From contig OY760074.1 in the NCBI GenBank assembly GCA_963663035.1, positions 608,001-672,000 on the forward strand: DNA of 64,000 nt, written 5' to 3'. Positions within the stretch are counted from its first letter, which is position 1. Every line of letters begins with the position of its first letter. The notes below the pieces were generated by a model, which saw only the letters and a list, made by a program, of their open reading frames with translations, did not search any database and was not told the origin of the DNA. Origin of the DNA: Acidobacteriota bacterium (GTDB lineage Bacteria; Acidobacteriota; UBA6911; RPQK01; JADFOI01). Made by a program: the position numbers and the translations under genes. Of this stretch, positions 58,953 through 64,000 are shown in pieces.

Positions 58953-60899
58953 TCAGGAGGTCAAGTAGAAGTAGGAAGAGATTAAGATCGCTCCACCCAG
59001 GATCCAGATCGCATAGAGGCGCGCATAGCCACTCTGGAGGCTTCTGACTCCCTGACTCCAGGCCTGCATCAGGGATGCGGTTCCATTGACCAGTCTGTCG
59101 ATGACATTCACGTCAAGACCTTTCCAGAGGATCCTGCGAGAAAGTTCGTTGACAGGCCGGACCAGCGTCCAGTCGTACAGCTCGTCTACAAAAAACTTTC
59201 TCTCCATCAGTCGGTGGAGCAAGGAAAAGCGGTCAGCCAGGCGCGCTGTGATTGGAGGGTCCTTGATGTACAGTTGATAGGCTAGGGCAAGACCCAAGAA
59301 GGTCACCAGAAGAGTGCTTAAGGTGAGGATTATCTCCGTCAGGTGGGCGGGTTCCAGGGCCGAACTTACTGGGTGGCCATACTGATAGCGGAAGGCAGGA
59401 GCCAGGAACTCCTCCAGGCGGTTGCTTCCCAGATAGGCCGGTAGACCAATGTAGCCGGCCAAGACGGAGAACAGGGCCAGGATCATCAATGGCGCCTTGA
59501 TAGACCAGGAAGGCTCCTGTGGCAAAGGATCAGGAGTATCGCGGGGTGTACTCTGAAATCGCTCCTCTCCATGGAAGGCAAGAAACATCAAGCGGGAAAT
59601 GTAAAAGGCGGTCACTCCGGCCACCCCTACCCCCACCAACCAGAGGGCTGTATTGCCAGTGCTGAAGACTCTCCAGAGAATCTCATCCTTGGAGAAGAAG
59701 CCCGAAAAGAAAGGCACACCGGCAAGGGCAAGGGTGCCAATCCACATGGTGTAGAAAGTCACGGGTAAATATTTCCTTAAACCTCCCATGTGGAACAGGT
59801 TTTGCTCATGATGAAGCGCCAGGATGACACTTCCAGAGCAGAGAAAAAGCAGCGCCTTGAAGAAAGCGTGGGTCAGTAAATGAAACATTCCTGCACCGAA
59901 TGCGCCCACACCCAGAGCCACAAACATATAGCCCAGCTGGCTGATAGTCGAGTAAGCCAGAACTTTTTTGATGTCACTTTGAGCGGCGGCGATCAGTGCG
60001 GCCAGCAAAGCAGTGCCAATGCCCACCAGTGCAATGATGAAAAGCGTGTCCGGGGCGCGGCTGAAGAGTGGGGCCGAGCGAGCAATCATATACACTCCGG
60101 CCGTGACCATGGTGGCGGCGTGAATCAGGGCACTCACTGGGGTGGGGCCTTCCATGGCGTCAGGGAGCCAGACGTACAAGGGAACTTGAGCACTTTTACC
60201 CGTGGCCCCGATGAACAGTAACAAGGTCATTGCTCCCAGGATTCCAAAGCCCACGGCAGGCTCGGGGAATTGGTTCGCGACTGCCTCAAAGACAGTGAGG
60301 TACCGTACGCTTTCAAAGGTACGAAAGATCAAAAAGATCCCGATGATAAAACCAACGTCACCGATTCGGTTGACGATAAAAGCCTTTTTGGCAGCATCTC
60401 CAGCACTTCTCTTTCCAAAGTAGTATCCAATGAGCAGATAGGAGCACAGGCCTACACCTTCCCAACCAACGAACATCAGCAGATAGTTGTCGGCTAGGAC
60501 GAGCAGACTCATCATAAAGATAAAGAGATTCAAGTAAGCAAAATAGCGGTAGTAGCCCTTCTGGCCTGCCAGGTACTCCAGGGAGTAGAGGTGGATGAGA
60601 AAACCCACAGCTGTGACCACAAGAATCATCAGCATCGAGAGGGGATCCAGGAGAAGAGAAAATTCAGAAACGAACTTGCCCGACTGGATCCAAGTGAAAA
60701 GGTGCAGTGAAAAAATACGTTCGTCGCTGGGAACTTGGATGAAACTGCGGAAGGTCACCAGCGCGACCAGAAAACTCAGGCCTGCAGTTGAGCAGGAGAG
60801 CCAGGCAATCACCCGGTGAGAGAAAGATCGGCCAAAGATGCCATTAACAGCAGCACCGAGCAGTGGGAATAGAATCAGGAGCCAGTAAGTTTCCAGCAC
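58953..60899 (-). CDS. nuoL: NADH-quinone oxidoreductase subunit L
   Basis: GWEGVGLCSY, WLPDAMEGPTPVSALIHAATMV, HAFFKALLF. Confidence 0.96.
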   Translation of the reverse strand: MLETYWLLILFPLLGAAVNGIFGRSFSHRVIAWLSCSTAGLSFLVALVTFRSFIQVPSDERIFSLHLFTWIQSGKFVSEFSLLLDPLSMLMILVVTAVGFLIHLYSLEYLAGQKGYYRYFAYLNLFIFMMSLLVLADNYLLMFVGWEGVGLCSYLLIGYYFGKRSAGDAAKKAFIVNRIGDVGFIIGIFLIFRTFESVRYLTVFEAVANQFPEPAVGFGILGAMTLLLFIGATGKSAQVPLYVWLPDAMEGPTPVSALIHAATMVTAGVYMIARSAPLFSRAPDTLFIIALVGIGTALLAALIAAAQSDIKKVLAYSTISQLGYMFVALGVGAFGAGMFHLLTHAFFKALLFLCSGSVILALHHEQNLFHMGGLRKYLPVTFYTMWIGTLALAGVPFFSGFFSKDEILWRVFSTGNTALWLVGVGVAGVTAFYISRLMFLAFHGEERFQSTPRDTPDPLPQEPSWSIKAPLMILALFSVLAGYIGLPAYLGSNRLEEFLAPAFRYQYGHPVSSALEPAHLTEIILTLSTLLVTFLGLALAYQLYIKDPPITARLADRFSLLHRLMERKFFVDELYDWTLVRPVNELSRRILWKGLDVNVIDRLVNGTASLMQAWSQGVRSLQSGYARLYAIWILGGAILISSYFYLTS

Positions 60900-60902
60900 T
60901 TC

Positions 60903-61205
60903 TCACCACTTCATCGTGTCCGCTTGATCCACGTCAAGTGTGCCAGTGTGTCGAGAAAGAACGACAATCAGCGCCAAACCAACCGCTGCCTCTGCTGCGG
61001 CCACAGTCATTACGAAAAAGACAAAAATCTGGCCATCCACCTGGTTGAGAAAATGAGCGAAGGTTAAGAACGTCAAATTGACCGCATTGAGCATCAGCTC
61101 CACACACATGAACATGGTGATTACACTTCTCCTTACAATCACTCCCACGGTTCCGATCACGAACAGTATTGCCGCTAGAGCAAGATAATGGCCTGCTGGT
61201 ATCAT
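60903..61205 (-). CDS. nuoK: NADH-quinone oxidoreductase subunit K
   Basis: ELMLNAVNL, AAAEAAVGLA. Confidence 0.96.
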   Translation of the reverse strand: MIPAGHYLALAAILFVIGTVGVIVRRSVITMFMCVELMLNAVNLTFLTFAHFLNQVDGQIFVFFVMTVAAAEAAVGLALIVVLSRHTGTLDVDQADTMKW

Positions 61206-61210
61206 GACTT

Positions 61211-61732
61211 TCAGTCGTGCTGCCGGGTTAAAACGATCGCTCCTATAACAGCCACTAATATGAGGATGGAAGTGACTTCAAAGGGCAGCAGATACTCCCG
61301 AAAGAGAGAGCGAGCGAGAGTCACGGTCTCTCCACCGGGCCCGGAGGACCCTTCGGTCTGTGCCATCAAAATGCCTGGAAAACCCTGAGCCACGGACCAC
61401 TGACCTGCTGCCTGCAAAAGCAGGAAGGTGAAGACCAAAGCAGAGGCTAGTGCAAAAAGAGGAATTTTCCTCAGGCGGTCTGGAGGGAAGACTTCCGACT
61501 CAGGATCCGTGAGCATGATGACAAAGAGAAAGAGGACCATGATGGCGCCGGCGTAGACGATCACCTGGATAGCGGCAATAAATTCTGCCCCGAGTTGGAA
61601 AAACAGCCCGGCCATGGCGCCGAAACAAACGATCAGCGCCAGCGCACTGTAGGCAGCCGGGCGCATCGCAACCACCAGAACAGCGGTTGTCACAGCGACT
61701 GCTGCCAGCCCGTAAAAAGCCAAATATGCCAC
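61211..61732 (-). CDS. nuoJ: NADH-quinone oxidoreductase subunit J
   Basis: QVIVYAGAIMVLFLFVIML, YLLPFEV. Confidence 0.95.
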   Translation of the reverse strand: MAYLAFYGLAAVAVTTAVLVVAMRPAAYSALALIVCFGAMAGLFFQLGAEFIAAIQVIVYAGAIMVLFLFVIMLTDPESEVFPPDRLRKIPLFALASALVFTFLLLQAAGQWSVAQGFPGILMAQTEGSSGPGGETVTLARSLFREYLLPFEVTSILILVAVIGAIVLTRQHD

Positions 61733-62166
61733 TGCAAAGCCCCCGTCTATGACAGCTTTGACGCTGTGCGAAGAGAGTGGGATCTTATTGAACGCTTCTC
61801 GACGATGTCAAGCGAAGGAGGGATTACCCATTTTTGGTGATGGTCGTCACTGACATTGCCATTGCAATTCCTTTAAAATTTTTAACTTGATAAATGGAGG
61901 AGTCGTCTCAATCTTCCTATTTTGAGCGAGGGTCATAACGATTTTCCATCAACTGAGCAGGTTCTGGGCTCCCGAAAGACTGTGGCTGCAGTGGTTTACT
62001 GGGCTGCTAGTCGGGCCGGGCTTTGTCATATGGCTGTGATAACAAAATGGCCGGTAGATTGTACATTTGAGGGGTTTCTGCAGGTGAAATACATTTTAAA
62101 GACAGCAGGATGTTTCCCTTTGGAAGTTGGCCAGAGGCCGGTGGAATTTTGACCACAGGAGGCGTC

Positions 62167-64000
62167 ATGACTAAGAATTTCGTGTGCTGGAAGACGGCGG
62201 GCTGGGCTCTATCCCTACTGTTGCTTTCATTCGGGGTGCCTCAGCTCTGGGCACAGACAGACACCGGCACCATAATGGGAGTGGTCACAGATACCAGCGG
62301 GGGTCTGCTTCCCGGAGTCAGACTGGTGGTTCGTAATGAAGCTACCAACAATGCCCGAACCGCTATCACCAACGACTCTGGGATCTACCGCGTCCCGGCT
62401 TTGCAGCCCGGTATTTATGAGATTGAAGCCAAGTTGGCAGGGTTCAAGACCCTGGTGAACTCCGGAGTGGTGCTGACCATCGGGGAGATTCACAGTGTCG
62501 CCCTTATATTGTCGCTGGGCGCAGTCAATGAGGTCGTGGTGGTGAGTGGCCGGGCAACCCGGTTAGAAATTGAGGACTCACAGCTCTCTTCGCTGGTGGA
62601 CCACAGGCGCATTCAGGAGCTGCCCCTGAACGGACGAGACGTTTACTTCCTGGCTACATTGCAGCCCGGTGTGATTCCCGCCATGTCCTCCGTTGCCAGC
62701 GCAGAGCAACCGAGCGCCTTTTTCGCTTCGGGAAGCCGATTTCGGGGAAATAATTTCACTCTGGATGGGCAGACCAATAACAACGAAAGCGCGAGCGGAC
62801 TTCCTGCGGTCACACCGACGGTGGAGACGGTCCAGGAATTCCGAGTCATTCGCAATAATTTCTCAGCGGAATTTGGAACTCATTCTGGTTCCGTGGTCAA
62901 TGCGGTGACCAAGTCGGGTAGCAACCAGTTCCACGGCAGTGTGTGGGAATTCCACCGAAACGACGCTCTGGATGCGAGGGAAGTCTTTGATCCTTTCAAC
63001 AATACGACCGGAGAGGATGATAAAGCGCCACTGATTCAAAATCAGTTTGGATTCACCTTCGGTGGACCCATGGTCCAGGATCGTCTTTTCTTTTTTGGCT
63101 CTTACCAAGGCTTCAGGAGAAGAGGTGGTGAGTCCAAATCCATTGTTGTCGAGACTCCTGAGTTTCGCCAGTGGGTGATCGCCAATAACCCCTCCAGCGT
63201 TGCCGCTCAATTGTTTCAAAACTTTCCAGCGCCTGATCCCACAAGTGGTATCCAGACCACGGCCGACCTGGATCCTGCAGCGGTGTCCGCTATGAATCCA
63301 GTGTCTCCTCCGGCCGCCTTACCCGTGCTGGGAACGGTCAACACCTTTGCCAGCTCGGCTGACGACAATGATCAGTTCAGCCTTCGCCTGGACAGTGTGT
63401 TCAATGACGGCAAGGATCTCCTCTTCGGACGTTACTTTGCCACCGATCTGCGCAGGCCAGATGCCACTATCCGAAACGCCTTCGGAGACAGCGAGGAGGG
63501 ACTGACTCAAAGTGCCAATATTACCCTGGTCCATGAATTTTCACCCACGCAGGTCAATGAATCTCGCTTTGGCTATCTCTACCTCAGGTCGGGCTTTGTT
63601 CCCGGCAGCAACCCGGAGGTGCCCACCATCCTGATTGTTGGACCGGCAGGAGTCGAGGGAGCGTCAGGCAGTCAGGGCTTTCCCGGTGCATTTGGATCTC
63701 TCTTCGCTGTCCCTCAGTTTTTCAAGCGCCATACTTTCCAATGGCAGGACATTGTCTCGGTCAGTAGAGGGAACCACTGGATTCGCGCCGGCCTGGATGT
63801 GAGGAGACTCCATGAAAACGGCAATTTTGGCGACAGGTCGCGTCCCTTTTTCATCTATATGGGACTGTTTGACTTTGCCAACGATGCTCCTTTCCAGCTT
63901 GAAGCCGGGGTGGACCCGCTGACAGGAGCCCTGGCCGATACGCCACGTTCCTGGAGAAGCACGGAGGTGGGCTGGTTTGTCCAGGACGACTGGAAGGTTC
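62167..64000 (+). CDS. TonB-dependent receptor, Oar/carboxypeptidase-regulatory-domain type (3'-partial; absent from ORF track)
   Basis: Manual translation from ATG 62167: signal peptide, GTIMGVVTDTSG, ELPLNGRD, VQEFRVI, TKSGSNQFHG, EFHRN, NQFGFTFGGP, FVQDDWKV; CAGGAGG SD. Confidence 0.93.
   Translation, partial: MTKNFVCWKTAGWALSLLLLSFGVPQLWAQTDTGTIMGVVTDTSGGLLPGVRLVVRNEATNNARTAITNDSGIYRVPALQPGIYEIEAKLAGFKTLVNSGVVLTIGEIHSVALILSLGAVNEVVVVSGRATRLEIEDSQLSSLVDHRRIQELPLNGRDVYFLATLQPGVIPAMSSVASAEQPSAFFASGSRFRGNNFTLDGQTNNNESASGLPAVTPTVETVQEFRVIRNNFSAEFGTHSGSVVNAVTKSGSNQFHGSVWEFHRNDALDAREVFDPFNNTTGEDDKAPLIQNQFGFTFGGPMVQDRLFFFGSYQGFRRRGGESKSIVVETPEFRQWVIANNPSSVAAQLFQNFPAPDPTSGIQTTADLDPAAVSAMNPVSPPAALPVLGTVNTFASSADDNDQFSLRLDSVFNDGKDLLFGRYFATDLRRPDATIRNAFGDSEEGLTQSANITLVHEFSPTQVNESRFGYLYLRSGFVPGSNPEVPTILIVGPAGVEGASGSQGFPGAFGSLFAVPQFFKRHTFQWQDIVSVSRGNHWIRAGLDVRRLHENGNFGDRSRPFFIYMGLFDFANDAPFQLEAGVDPLTGALADTPRSWRSTEVGWFVQDDWKV

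Noticed and set aside
61733-62166. Riboswitch or ncRNA upstream of the TonB-dependent receptor
   Set aside because: AT-rich promoter-like region, but no aptamer or operator I can support by eye
1-64000. tRNA, rRNA, SRP RNA or tRNA-Sec genes
   Set aside because: No recognisable sequence in the intergenic gaps; a covariance-model scan would be needed to exclude them fully

Overview
Bacterial chromosomal window, very likely Acidobacteriota (Oar-type TonB-dependent receptor, CHAT/anti-sigma/ECF cassette, gene order). Mostly housekeeping: ribA, recG, rsmD, coaD, pyrF/pyrRBC, dsbD, tatA, selB, ffh-rpsP-khpA-rimM-trmD-rplS, argS, larC-metG-tatD, polyprenyl synthase, PBP1A, greA, nuoJKLMN. A ~16 kb accessory block separates rsmD from coaD. 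It carries IS256 copies, an intact IS3 and a signalling cluster: FHA-EAL, TPR Ser/Thr kinase, TPR protein, a membrane-anchored CHAT protease, a zinc-finger anti-sigma and an ECF sigma. This cluster is the best candidate for an undescribed system. Intergenic spaces hold three families of palindromic MITE/REP-like elements whose arms covary within each copy, including a nested insertion and a 4 x 168 bp array, plus heptamer repeat tracts. Several ~110-155 bp local duplications, garbled segments and homopolymer frameshifts suggest assembly error, so the broken genes may be intact in vivo. All calls come from motif recognition by eye; no database search was run.
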